A stretch of DNA of 64,000 nt from Stegostoma tigrinum (taxonomy: Eukaryota): assembly GCF_030684315.1 (NCBI RefSeq), contig NC_081368.1, positions 23,865,899 through 23,929,898 on the forward strand, given 5' to 3'. Below, piece by piece: positions 14,176-26,360 of the stretch (position 1 is the first letter of the stretch; every line of letters begins with the position of its first letter). The translations under genes were made by a program, and so were the position numbers. Below the pieces are notes generated by a model. The model was not told the origin of the DNA, made no database searches, and worked only from the letters and a program-made list of their open reading frames with translations.

Positions 14176-15854
14176 TACAATTGTACAAGGCCAGTAACCC
14201 TTCATCTGCTCTGCACCGAATTCCTAGTGAAGTTTCTGTGCTCATGCTCCTGCAGCCAAACAGTAGAATTTTCTTTGCTATCCGAAATTCCTCCCTTAGC
14301 AGCACACTGACTTCACTAATATATGCCTTTAATACTTTCCACTCAGGGTCAGCTATTCTATAGAAGCCAAATTTTGACAGTTTGTTCTGCCAGGGCCCAA
14401 ACCAAATCTAGGGACAATTTATCTATGCTTCCACTGATCCAATGCTACATATTACCTCACTGATGCAATCATTTGAAATTTGTGGATTCTTGTCTTTAAA
14501 AGCCTCGCATATATTTATATAGAGAAACTTGTTTGATCACCAAAGCTAATGATTATCAGCAGTACACTGTTTTCCATATTTACATAAATCTTCATACATC
14601 TCAAGTTGGAATAATTCTACACAGAATCCAAGGATCCTTTGTGCCACAGGAGGCCACTCAACCTACTGAGTTCATGCCAGCTCCCCAAAGGGCAATTCAA
14701 TCAGTATCACAACCTCATTAAATCCCAAATAACCAGCAGTATAATTTCTACAAGTCCCCAATAAATTCCCTCAAAAAAAAAATTAGGAATTGTTTGTACT
14801 GCACCATGTCCTCGGCCATTACCACTTACTGAGCAGAGTTCTTCTTAACAGTTCCCCCATATCCCTTTGCCAAAATCTTAAAGCTGTGCCTCCTGGTACT
14901 GTTACAATCAGGTTATGGCAGAAGATTATCTTTGTCCACCTTACCTAAACTTGTCAACATTTTGTACACCTTTCAACCTCTTCCTCCAGACTTTCCAACC
15001 CATTGCTGCAACCCCACTGCGTCTTTTCACTACCTCTTACTAACTTATTCACATGCTGGTGGAGATATTTGAATTCCGTTTCATGTTGATTTCCGTTCTA
15101 TTCTCATTTTCTATCTGCCAATCTTATTTCAGTCTTCACCTCAAATCTCAACTTGTAGTACCTGACCTGATTTTCAGCAAATAACATGCAACATTACACT
15201 TTTTAGCTCTATCATAATTTCCATCTGCCTCATCATCCAAGAGGCTGAGTTTTTGGCTCCATTACCCTTCAGCCTGGTTCCTGCAGAATTCTTATCTTTT
15301 GACCTGTTAGTTTTTCCCCTAGCAGATTCTGGCTAAATTCCTCCACTGAGGACATTTCTTCACTTTCGAGCACCTCAAGGCAGAGAATTCCACCACAAGA
15401 CTAAGTAAACTTTCTTCCCACAATTTTTGCATATATAGTACAAACATTGAGCATTATAAATATTTGGTCAGCGCCGATCCTGGGCCAGTAACCCCGAAAA
15501 GTAAACTTCACATTTTATATTAACAATTGACAACATAGCAAATGCTTTAAAAAGCGTGTATTGACTCAAATTTACTACATGCAATTGTAAGCTTCATATT
15601 ACAATACATGCACTGTTATTCTTCTGACATCCCTTGAAATGTTTTATTAAACAAACTTATTCTTGTTATTTGTGTGAGCAGTTTCCCCTGCTAATGAAAC
15701 CAGAGTGTGATTGAGGACATGACAACTCAACCTATAGTTGGTACCAAATGCAGCTTGTGAAAAGGGAAAATGTACAGAACACACAAGATGGAATCACAAT
15801 TCTTAAGTTTAATTTTATTGTAGTGTAAAACTAACAGACGAGATAATACCATAT

Positions 15855-16100
15855 GGGGTGGCACAGCTGACTGTCAACGCCAGGGACCCAAGTTCAAATC
15901 TACCCTCGGGTGACTGTGCAGAGTTTGCACATCCTTAATGTCTGTATTGGTTTCCTCGCACCATCCAATGATGTATCAAGCTAGATGTATCAGCCATGGC
16001 AAATGCAGGGTTACTGGTATAGGGTAGTGGGATAGCCTGAAGATCAGGGTGAACACGATGGGCTGAATGGCCTGCTCCCACACTGTAGGGATTCTATGAA
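15855..16100 (+). mobile_element. HE1-like V-SINE
   Basis: ggggtggcacag head, gttcaaatc B-box, gagtttgcacat, cactgtagggattctatga tail. Confidence 0.8.
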
Positions 16101-16289
16101 TAATTTTTAAATTGTCCCAAAAGTTAGGAGTTCTTAATGAATGGGATGTAAGATCCCTAAAAATAGTACCGAACATGGAGGGCATGCCAACTTCACTGCA
16201 TCCAGCATCAATTAAAAAAAGTCATATCCCATCCAAATAGCAAATATCCATTCATTATACAAGTCTAATCAGTAGCCACCATAAAAGAT

Positions 16290-16960
16290 GCAACAGCTGC
16301 CCACATACCACCACCCTCACTTCCATTCAGGGCCCTAAACAGTCCTTCGAAGGGAAGCAGGGCTTCACTTGCATCACGTCCAACTTAAGTCTATTGCTCC
16401 TTTTGTGGCCTTCTCTATGTAGGCGAGGCCAAATGTAGACTAGGTGACCATTTCGTTCAGCATCTTTGCCTGACCCATAATAGCCATCCTAACCTCCCAG
16501 TCACCACCCCTTTCAACTCTCCACCCCAATCTCCCTCCATGTCCATCCTCAGCCTCCTCCAATGTGGTGATGCAAAACTCAAAGAAGAGCATCTTGTCTT
16601 CTGTCTGGGCACCCTAGAGCCTGGAGAACTCAACACTCAGTTCTCCAATTTCAACTAACATTCCCACGAATTCCCCCGGCTCTCCTTCCAGCCCCACCTC
16701 ATTCCTTCCATTCCATCTTCAGACCCTCCCTTCCAGCCACTAACTAGATTTATCCGTCCCACTGACCACAGGTTGTACCTACTACTAGTGTTTACCAATC
16801 ACCACCATTCCACCTGCCCCTCTCTATCTGCAGCTACCCCAGCCCCACATCCCATCCTGAAGGGTAATACCCGAAACGCTTATTGCTTCTTTCCTCCAGA
16901 TGCTGCCTGGGTTGCTGTGTTCTTCCAGCCTCCTGGATTCCAGCATTTGCAGTTCTTTTT
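16290..16960 (+). mobile_element. Older PLE 3' fragment (GIY-YIG + terminal repeat)
   Basis: CSFCGLLYVGEAKCRLGDHF at ~16395-16455; degenerate hammerhead ctgaagggtaatacccgaaacg at 16857-16878; tail gattccagcatttgcagttc. Confidence 0.75.
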
Positions 16961-17299
16961 TGTCTCTCTTGTCAACAACATTTTCAACTTGTGTACTCTG
17001 GAACAGCTGGAAATTTTTTAATGTTTCTTTAAACTGTGTACCTGAAGACAAACTTTTTCCCATTCATTCTCATACTATTTGCATTTCAATGTAACGAAAC
17101 AAGTCACTGAATTGGAATTACGTGGCAGTTTATTTTGTCAATCTTTTCACATCAGCGCACAAATCACACTTCTAATATTTAAAATGAAAAACTGTCCAAA
17201 CTTTAGTTGTAAAGCACAATAATTTAACGAAAAGCATCGGAAGTTTTCATGCCTATTAAATAGCTTTAACAAGGTGAAAAAAGTCATGCAGAAATACAA

Positions 17300-19060
17300 A
17301 CCGATTTGCTGAAACGGACTCGACGAAACGTGTTCCTCTGATATTTTAGGAGTGGTAACTCGATTCATTCAAAACCAAAAATAACAATTTACCAAAGTGT
17401 GTTTTTTTTAACATGAAGCAGCGTCGATAGCTTTGATATTTGGAAGTTCTTAGAAGATAACTTGACCTCGTAGCCTGCAAATCCTACAAGAACACGGTTT
17501 GTGTCACAACAAAGTTGACGCCGGTCCGGCAGCAATCAACCATATCCACATTATTTTATTTAGGTTGCTTCAAGTTGATTTGTAATATCGGCAAAAGGTA
17601 TAACAACAAGTAGTTGTTTTTACAACACTTCCCTTTGGCTATGAGCACAATCACAGCAGGATCGTTCCGAAGTTGCCCTGAAAAAGCAATCACTGAATGG
17701 ACGGGCACGGGACTCTCTTCATACACGAAACTAGCTTCGATCGAGTGGAAGAAACGATTCGATTCTCGTATAACCTGGCGAAAGTCACTCAGTTACACTA
17801 CTTTAAAAGCGCTATTAAAAACCTGTCTGAACACTGAGTGCAAGCAAACACATCGCAGGACAGAAAACTAAAAGTTGTATGGTCGATCCAAAACAGGCTG
17901 TGGAGTTTGTTCCGACAAACTTGGAGAAGAAGGCAAGAAGTTATTTCCTTTGTTTATGAAGTTCGCACACAAAACCTCTTGGAAACGGGCAGAGAACTGC
18001 ATTTCTTTCTACTTGTTACGAGATTTCCCAGCGGAGCAAATAAATCAGAGAAATAAAAACAGGCAGCAGTTTGATATGTTAGAAACCGAAAACGCACACT
18101 TAAATCGAAAGAAAATCCGAGACCGGCCGGCGATGCCATGCCAAGGAGTTTGGGTACTTACTACGGGTCGTTGGTGAATCGTGGGCTCCGGGGCGGCTGA
18201 TATCCGTACAAATGGCAGTACAGGACGTCGAAGCAGAAGCAGCACATCTCCGAGTTGACCACCATGTTCCTGCCACCAGGGCAGCCACTGAAACCGTTAG
18301 CGCGGGTCACGTCCTTGCAGTGGTTTTCGTTAGAGTTGTTAGAAGAGGTGGAGGACGAACAGCTCGATAGCTTCTGCTTCTTCACTCCACAGCACCCCGC
18401 GGCCATCTTGGAATCCACCGGCGCTTCCGCGAAGCCCCGCTTTCTACCCATACTCCTCCGCGGTGTCGAAGGGGCGGGGCTGGGAGAGGAGGGGGCGGGG
18501 CTGAGCCGGAGCGCGCTTGCGCCTGGCGGTCCTGCAATGGGAAGGGGGGGTGGAGTAAGAAGAGGAGCGAGACAGAGAAAAAAAAATACTGGATCATATC
18601 GCACGTGCTGTGGTCCACGAGGTCCTGTCATTAACAGCCAACCGAACGGGGTTCAGCCCCCTCCCGCGCTATCATCACCATGGTAACGCGACCTACTGAA
18701 TGCCAGCTGTCAACTCGCACACGCACAAACCAAACACCCCGGAGTTCGCCACCTACGATATGCCGCTTTCCGTGAGTGATCCGATTTACAGTTACTTTGA
18801 ACCCACGCAGCCTGTATTTTTAAGTGTCATATGCCCGGTCCCGCATCGTCGGGAATTCTTTGCGAGAGGGCCGGTCTCTGCACATCGGGAATGCTCTCCC
18901 AATTATTCATACTTATTCCAACTGGTCAGGGCCGGCCCTCTCCCCTAGTATGAACCGTGCGAGCAGACAACATAAGCAAGCAATCCCGGAATCTCCTTCA
19001 AAAACAAGAAAATAACCCAGTGCTGCGGCTAGAGGATCCTGAGTATGGGTGGATCGATGG
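17300..19060. promoter_or_regulatory. CpG island / AMMECR1 promoter
   Basis: High CpG density against a CpG-depleted background; GC boxes GGGGCGGGG at 18471-18479 and 18492-18500; GCACGTGC E-box 18601-18608; X-box-like ATCACCATGGTAAC 18674-18687; YY1-like AAGATGGCCGC over the ATG at 18406. Confidence 0.85.
18162..18451 (-). CDS. AMMECR1: AMMECR1 first coding exon (partial CDS; gene continues leftward)
   Basis: Translates MGRKRGFAEAPVDSK-MAAGCCGVKKQKLS...RNMVVNSEMCCFCFDVLYCHLYGYQPPRSPRFTNDP, matching vertebrate AMMECR1; KQK, MVV, CCF and GYQ favour AMMECR1 over AMMECR1L. The apparent TAG stop is TA plus a GTAAGT splice donor starting at 18161 (split Tyr codon). Canonical ATG at 18406, in-frame upstream ATG at 18451. 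Confidence 0.93.
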
Positions 19061-19718
19061 GGTGAATATCTTTCCCCTCTCTATGTGAATGACTTAACCT
19101 GTACACTCACAATCTTAGTAAGTTACTACAAAACACACGCTTGAAAAAAGTCGCAATCACGAAACAGATGGGTCCAGTAAAGTATTGTGTAATGTTATAA
19201 TATGTATGACTTATAATTTAGTCGGAGTTATAACACCAGGTTTGCTGCAAATTGCATGATAGGAAACCATTCCACGAATTGCAAGACTTATTAGAAGGAG
19301 TCTTTAACAACTGATTTATAAACAGAAGAATCTTGGGTTCATTTACAATTTACACAATGCCTGTATTTCTAAAGATAAAACTGCAATTCACACTACTATT
19401 GCAACTACTTTGGCTGACGAGATTAGGTATGGTGAATGATGGGGATTTTAATGACAGCTAGAAACTGTGCAAAAGGGAACAAATCACAAAGCAAATCAGT
19501 GGCTTAAACACGTTTTAGGCAAGAGAGTAAAGATGTCACAAGATCACTTGAACAAAAACATTATTAATTTTATAAAGGTTGGGATACTGCTGTGTAAGAC
19601 ATTGGCAGGTGCAAGCCAGAGTACTGTAGAAACTGTCACCTTATCAATGCACAACCTTTAGAAAACAAACCGACAATTTAAGACAAATATTGGAAACACA
19701 AGAAAAGACTAAGAAATT

Positions 19719-19898
19719 TGAAAGCAAAAGAACTGAGGATGCTGTAAGTCAAAAACCACAAAACAGAAATTGCTGGAAAAACTCAGCAGCTTTGGCAGTT
19801 CAGAGGAAGAGTTATTCGACTCTAAACACATTAACTCAGACTTCTATCTACAGATGCTGCCAGACCTGCTGAGTTTTTCCAGCAATTTCTGTTTTGTC
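19719..19898. mobile_element. Fold-back PLE-end insertion, family B
   Basis: Perfect 32-bp inverted arms 19758-19789 / 19866-19897; imperfect TSD actaag(g)aaatt at 19708-19718 and 19899-19910; degenerate hammerhead in the loop. Confidence 0.75.
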
Positions 19899-20384
19899 AC
19901 TAAGGAAATTCAGCTTGTTTCAGAAAAGAGAAATTTAAGTTTGAAATTGCAAAGGTAATTAGTAAAGCTAAATGAGGCAATCACAACAAGCTCCATCTCA
20001 TGCATCTATTCAATATAAAATTTTAAATTACACTCTCATCAACAAAATAATCTTCTGGGCTGAGGAGGAGACAGAATTAAGCACTGTGGAGTCTGAGTTG
20101 TTGATGAACTCTTAGCCATCAAGGTCTATGGGGTAACATTTTCAATATGATATATTATTTTGTCAATGGCATCTAGAGAATAGAAGGAAAGGATTCAGCT
20201 ACTGAAAGTTTACACCAGTGATAAAAAAATCAGGAATGGCATTCAGATTGATTGGGTGTAATATACAGGAGAAAGAAACTTAAAAGGTGGAACTTTTAAC
20301 AGAATGAAGAAAAAAAAGACAGGAAATGTATTCTCAAATGGTGATTGGACTAAAATTAGTATTGAAAATAATGAAACAAAACAG

Positions 20385-23050
20385 TATCAGAGATAATGGG
20401 AACTGCAGATGCTGGAGATTCCAAGATAATAAAATGTGAGGCTGGATGAACACAGCAGGCCAAGCAGCATCTCAGGAGCACAAAAGCTGACGTTTCGGGC
20501 CTAGACCCTTCATCAGAGAGGGCGATGGGGAGAGGGTTCTGAAATAAATAGGGAGGGAGGGGGAGCCGGACCAAAGATGGATAGAGGAGAAGATAGGTGC
20601 AGAGGAGAGTACAGGTGGGGAGGGGATAGGTCAGTCCAGAGAGGACGGACAGTCAAGGAGGAGGGATGAGGTTAGTAGGTGGGAAATGGAGCTGCGGCTT
20701 GAGGTGGGAGGAGGGGATAGGTGAGAAGAAGAACAGGTTAGGGAGGCGGGGATGAGCTGTGCTGGTTTAGTGATGCAGTGGGGGGAGGGGACGAGCTGGG
20801 CTGGTTTTGGGACGCAGTGGGGGAAGGGAAGATTTTGAAGCTTGTGAAGTCCGCATTGATACCATAGGGCTGCAAGGTTCCCAAGCGGAATATGAGTTGC
20901 TGTTCCTACAACCTTCGGGTGGCATCATTGTGGCACTGCAGGAGGCCCATGATAGACATGTCGTCTAAGGAATGGGAGGGGTAATTAAAATGGTTCGCGA
21001 CTGGGAGGTGCAGTTGTTTATTGCAAACTGAGTGGAGGTGTTCTGCAAAGTGGTCCCCAAGCTTCCGCTTGGTTTCCCCAATGTAGAGGAAGCCTCACCG
21101 GGTACAGTGGATACAGTTTACTATATTGGCAGATGTGCAGGTGAACATCTGCTTAATATGGAAAGTCATCTTGGGGCCTAGGATGGGGGCGAGGGAGGAG
21201 GTGTGGGGGAAAGTGTAGGACTTCCTGCGGTTACAAGTGAAGGTGCCGGGTGTTATGGGGTTGGAGGGGAGTGTGGAGCGGACAAGTGAGTCATGGAGAG
21301 AGTGCTCTCTCTTTAAGGCAGACAAGGGTGGGGATGGAAAAATGTCTTGGGTGGTGGGGTCGGATTGTAGATGATGGAAGTGTCGGAGGATGATGCGTTG
21401 TATCTGAAGGTTGGTGGGGTGGTATGTGAGGACAAGGGGGATTCTTTTAGGGTGGTTATTGCGGGGGCGGGGTGTGAGGGATGTGTCGTGGGAAATGCGG
21501 GAGACACGTTCAAGGGGTTCTCGAGCACTGCGGGGCGGGGGGTGAAGTTGCAGTCCTTGAAGAACGCGACCATCTGGGATGTGCGGGAGTGGAATGCCTC
21601 ATCCTGGGAGCTGGTGCGGCCGAGGCAAAGGAATTGGGAATAGGGGATGGAATTTTTGCAGGCGGGGTGGGAGGGAGGAGGTGTATTCTAGGTAGCTATG
21701 GGATTCGGTGGGCTTGAAGTGGACATCAGTTTCTAGCTGGTTGCCTGAGATGGAGACAGAGAGGTCCAGGAAGGTGAGGATGTGTTGGAGATGGCCCAGG
21801 TGAACTTGAGGTTGGAGTGGAAGGTGTTGGTGGAGTGGATGAACTGTTCAAGCTCCTCTTGGGAGCAAGAGGTGGCGCCGATACAGTCATTAATGTAACG
21901 GAGGAAGAGGTGGGGTTTGGGGCCAGTGTAGGTGCGGAAGAGGGACTATTCCATGTAACCTACAAAGAGGCTGGCATAGCTTGGGCCCATGCGGGTACCC
22001 ATGGCCACCCCCTTTGTAGGAAGTGGGAGGAATCGAAAGAAAAGTTGTTGAGGGTGAGGATGAGTTCGGCTAGGCGGATGAGGGTTTCAGTGGAGGAGAA
22101 CTGGTCAGGCCTGCGGGACAGGAAGAAGCAGAGGGTCTTAAGGCCATCTGCATGAGGAATGCAGGTGTATAGGGACTGGACGTCCATGGTGAAAATGAGT
22201 TGTTGGGGGCCAGGGAATTGGAAGTTCTGGAGAAGGTGGAGGGTGTGGGCAGTGTGACGGACGTAGGTGGGGAGTTCCTGGACCAAGGGGGAGAAAATGG
22301 AGTCCAGATAGGTGGAGATGAGTTCAGTGGGGCAGGAGCAGGCGGAGACAATAAGTCAGCCAGGGCAGACGGGTTTGTGGATTTTGGGAAGGAGATAGAA
22401 ACAGGCAGTGCAGAGTTGGGGAACAATGAGGCTGAAGGCTGTGGGTGGGAGGTTACCTGAGGTGATGAGGTCATAGATGGTATTGGAGATGATGGTTTGG
22501 TGCTCGGGGGTGGGGTCATGATCAACGGGGCGGCAGGAAGGTGGTGTCGGAGGGTTGGCGTTTGGCCTCGGCGATGTAGAGGTCAGTGCGCCATACTACC
22601 ACTGCGCCTCTCTGGTCTGCAGGTTTGATGGGGAGGTTGGGGTTGGAGCAGAGGGCTGCCCATACTGTGGGGGAGAGGTTTGAGTGGGTGAGAGGGGTGG
22701 AGAGGTTGAGGCGGTTAATGTCTCGATGACAGTTGGAGATGAAGAGGTCGAGGGAGGGTAGGAGGCCTGGGGATGGTGTCCAGGAGGCGGGTGAAGGGCT
22801 CAGTGGAGGGAGGGATAGGCTCCCAGTTAAAGAAGTAAGCGTGGAGGCGAAGGCAGCGGAAAAACTGCTGTATGTCCAAACGTGACTGGTATTCGTTGAT
22901 GTGAGGTTGGAGGGGGACAAAGGTGAGCCCCTTGCTTAGGACTGACCGTTTGTTCTCAGTCAATGGGAGGTCTGGGGGGATGGTGAAGATTCGGCAGGGC
23001 TGAGTAGGTGTCGGCTGTGGGCGGGGTTCCGTCAGTGTTGGCTATGGGCA
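20385..23050 (-). mobile_element. Penelope-like retroelement family A, longest copy, inactivated
   Basis: SVLSKGLTFVP, IKPADQRGAVVVW, IFTMDVQSLYTCIPHADGL, LILTLNNFSF, RYIND (catalytic Asp mutated, ~21886-21900), CNRRKSYT and GIY-YIG region; complete 3' terminal repeat with hammerhead and tail. Confidence 0.93.
20489..20516 (-). ncRNA. Minimal type I hammerhead ribozyme motif (family A)
   Basis: CTGATGA-A-GGGT-CTAG-GCCC-GAAA-C-GTC: intact CUGAnGA/GAAA core, stem II, palindromic ACGT helix III, GUC triplet; stem I only ~2 bp. Confidence 0.72.
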
Positions 23051-23929
23051 GGGTATTCAAAACCATTAGTTATGCTGTACACTGAACTTGTGGATTCTGA
23101 TAGCCGAAGAGCAAAAATCTCTGTGCACCCTAAGAGGATTTTTAATCAGCTCTGAATTATTTAAGTTAATATGCAGTTTTACAAGAACTGTACTGTTCCA
23201 TTTCATGGAACAGTGTGTAATGTCGCAAAAAGTCTTACAATCACATAAATTCTTAGAATTTAGGAATAACCACTCTCTGTCAAATGTTAGCAGTCGTACA
23301 TGATAAAAAAAATTGTTATAAAATTCTACCATATTATGTCTAGTTTTATCTTAGTACACTAATTAGTTATATACTTTCAGGCTCCAACAATGTAAACTGT
23401 GCTTTGTAATTTGTGAGGTTTGTGCAATATTTTGTCATTATTCATTGACAGTAAAGAAGATGATGAAGCATCTGTATTGTAAGAAAATTAAGCATTTAAT
23501 TGTAGTTCAAATCTAAAGATTTGATTTGGTTTTTAGACATCAAGTTAAGCTCATTAAGGGAGGAATGGGGCATCTGAAAATTTAAAAACAAAAATCTCAA
23601 ATTGATCATTATATTTCTACCAAGGCCGATTAAAGCAGGAAGGTTTTGTGCATTTCATAAAGAAAATATATGAACAATTAGCTTTATATAGAACCTAGAG
23701 CTAGATTTTCACCCAGTTCACAGTCAAATTTTAACCTAATTATCTAATATCCATATCAACATAGACTGCCTCGTTCATTTGTAGGATGCTTCAATATACT
23801 TAGCATCCATAGATTCTTGTTGTTTAATAATTAACATGTTAGTTCCTTTCTCCTGAACTGCTGTATCAATAGAAAGATCCTGAAGTGAAACAGTCCTTTT
23901 TTTAAAAAAAAATTCAGTAAGTTGAGACA

Positions 23930-24014
23930 AATGCTGCTTGGCCTGTAGTGTTCATCCAGCTCTACATTTTGTTATCTTGGATTCTCCAGCATCTGTAGTT
24001 CCCATTATCTCTGA
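23930..24014 (+). mobile_element. Very short PLE family A terminal insertion with TSD
   Basis: atgctgcttggcctg...gttcccattatctctga flanked by taagttgagaca (23918-23929) and taagttaagaca (24016-24027). Confidence 0.8.
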
Positions 24015-24207
24015 ATAAGTTAAGACACTTGCATAAGAATTAATTTGACCTGTAAATTCAATGACTTCACAAATTCATATTTTTTAGGGGGTCTGGAGGT
24101 GCCCTCTAGAAAGGTAGCGTGCAGAAAATGATTACAAAAGCTCACCTGTTATAGAACTGTCTGTCTTTGTAAATATCTGTATGAACCAGATATAGCTTGC
24201 TTGACAG

Positions 24208-24333
24208 AGGAGATAATGGGAACTGCAGATGCTGGAGAGTCCATGATAACAAAGTGTGGGGCTGGATGAACACAGCAGGCCAAGCAGCATCTTAGGAGCA
24301 CAAAAGCTGACGTTTCAGGCCTAGACCCTTCAT
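24208..24333 (-). mobile_element. PLE family A terminal fragment
   Basis: gagataatgggaactgcagatgctgg...gacgtttcaggcctagacccttcat; truncated inside the hammerhead core. Confidence 0.85.
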
Positions 24334-24829
24334 AAAACTACCTATTAAAGTGCTTGGATAGTAAAATTTAAGTTTTAAAACAGAACAATGACAGGGTCTT
24401 ACTGAAGGAAATGAAGCTTACTTACTTGAATTATCTGAAACAATTCAATCTTTAACTTTCTGCTTACACAAAATTGTTTACAATAGTTTTCAATAAATGC
24501 AAAACAAAATTATTCATCTATGCCCTTATGATATATACCATCCCAACAATACATCATTTGACAGTTGAGATTTTAAAAAATAGTGAATTTTTTTTAATAA
24601 TGTTAGCTAGGGTATGTATAAACATGATGAATAAACATGTAATATACCAGACAGAATAAAAGAGGAAGACACAGCCAGAAACAATAAACCTTTTCTTTGT
24701 ATTGTGTCTTTCACAACTGCAGAACATCCCAAAGCATTTTACAGTGAATTGTGCGCTTTTGATGTGTAATGACTGCACTAATGGAGGAAAGTGATGGAAA
24801 CTGGTGATGACAATTCTATCAAGTGGCAC

Positions 24830-25930
24830 TCAGCAATAACTTGATGTGTAGTTAGGTTGTACCAAAACCACTCAGCTCCAGGCCTCATTAACAGCTTTGG
24901 TTCAAATGTGAACAAAAGAGATGAACTTAAGAGATAAGGTAAGCCTAACTATCCTTAACATCCAGACAGCATTTAACTGTTAGTCATCAAGAAAAGGTAA
25001 ATTGCAGGAATAACCCTCCACTGGTAAATACTCACACATAGATGTTTATCATTATCGTAGGTCAGCCATCTCAGACTCAGGACATCATTACAGGGACTCC
25101 TTAGAGTGGTGTCCTTAACCTAACCATTCACAGCTGTATCAATGACCTTCCCATCATCATGTGGCCAAAAGTGGGTATGTTCACTGAAGATTGTATAATG
25201 TTCAACACCTTTTGCAAGTCTTAAATATCAGATTCAGTGTCTATATACAGCAAGACCTGAACAAATTCGATGCTTGGACTAGTAGGTACCAAGTAACATT
25301 TACACCACATAAGTTCCAGGCAACCACCATTTCCATATGAGACAATCTAACTATTGACATTTAATGACATTACTATGGATGAATTCATCACTATCGATAT
25401 CCTGGGACTGTTGTCAAGAAATTGAACTGGACCAATCATATAAATACTGTGGCTACAATAACAGGTCAATGTTTGAAATTCTGTGGTGAATAACTCCTCT
25501 CTTCCCAGTACCTTCCACCATCAAAGTACAAGTCAGGACTGTGATGTGTTGCATGTTGTTGGGCATGCAGCTCCAACAACATTCAAGAAGCTTGATACTA
25601 TCCAGGACACAACAGCCCACTTGACTAGAATACTACCTATCACTTTCAACATTCACTTCATTTATCGCTGATGCACAGTGGCAGCAGTGTGTACCATCTA
25701 TATGATGCACTGCAGGAACTCACCAAGATTCCTCTGACAGTACCTTCCATACCTATAACCTTTACCACTAAGGTCAAAAGAATAGATGCATGGAAACACA
25801 ACCTGTAAGTTCCTCTTCAGACCACACAACATCTTAACTTAGTACAGTATCATCAGATCTTCATTGTCATTGCATCAAAATCCTAGGACTTCCTTCCTAA
25901 CAGTACTATGGGTGTCTACTCATCCTAAGA
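24830..25930 (+). mobile_element. Family X LINE 3' half
   Basis: Collinear with 2830-3850 (GLLRVVSL/FTED RT relic, gaaattgaactggacc, caaaatcctaggacttccttcctaacag). Confidence 0.7.
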
Positions 25931-25984
25931 CCTCCGTGACTTAGAGGATAAGGCAAGTTGAGACTGGGGATCAGACAAGTATTT

Positions 25985-26360
25985 TTGTGATAGTCAAAGT
26001 ACTCTAATATGAAACGTCACCTTCATGCTGCCCAGGGTAAGAGATGTTACAGAATATCTACAGGACCTACTTCTGGGAGAGGTGATTAGCCAGTGGTCAT
26101 GATCAACATTTGTACCAACGGTTTGGTTAGGAATAGGGGTGAGGTTCTGAAACAGATTTCAGAGAACTGGGTAAAAGATTGAAAGGCATGACCTCTAAAG
26201 CATTAGTTTCACCTTTTCTCCCAATCCTACTTGCTAATGAGCATAGAAATAGGAGACTCAAGCAATTGAACATGAAACTGGAAAGCTGGTGTAAAGAGTG
26301 AGTATCAGATTTCTGGGGAAGATGTGAGCTATATAAGCTGGATAGTCAACATTTGGGGGA
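25985..26360 (+). mobile_element. CR1 ORF1 SGNH/GDSL-esterase relic
   Basis: Frameshifted RVRDVTEYLQDLLLGE / PVVMINICTNG / DFRELGKRLKG / NEHRNRRLKQLNMKLESWC / RFLG, resembling the CR1 ORF1 esterase. Confidence 0.7.

Noticed and set aside
1-18160. AMMECR1 exon 2 (expected PLFVTWKIGRDKRLRGCIG-like peptide)
   Set aside because: Not found by eye or in the ORF track; probably beyond the left edge, though a short exon could be missed.
18161-18631. ORF-track 156-aa protein ending at TAG
   Set aside because: The stop overlaps the splice donor, and the part upstream of 18451 is promoter sequence that is open by GC richness.
18255-18686. 143-aa plus-strand ORF
   Set aside because: Antisense shadow of the AMMECR1 exon and GC-rich promoter; no independent coding signal.
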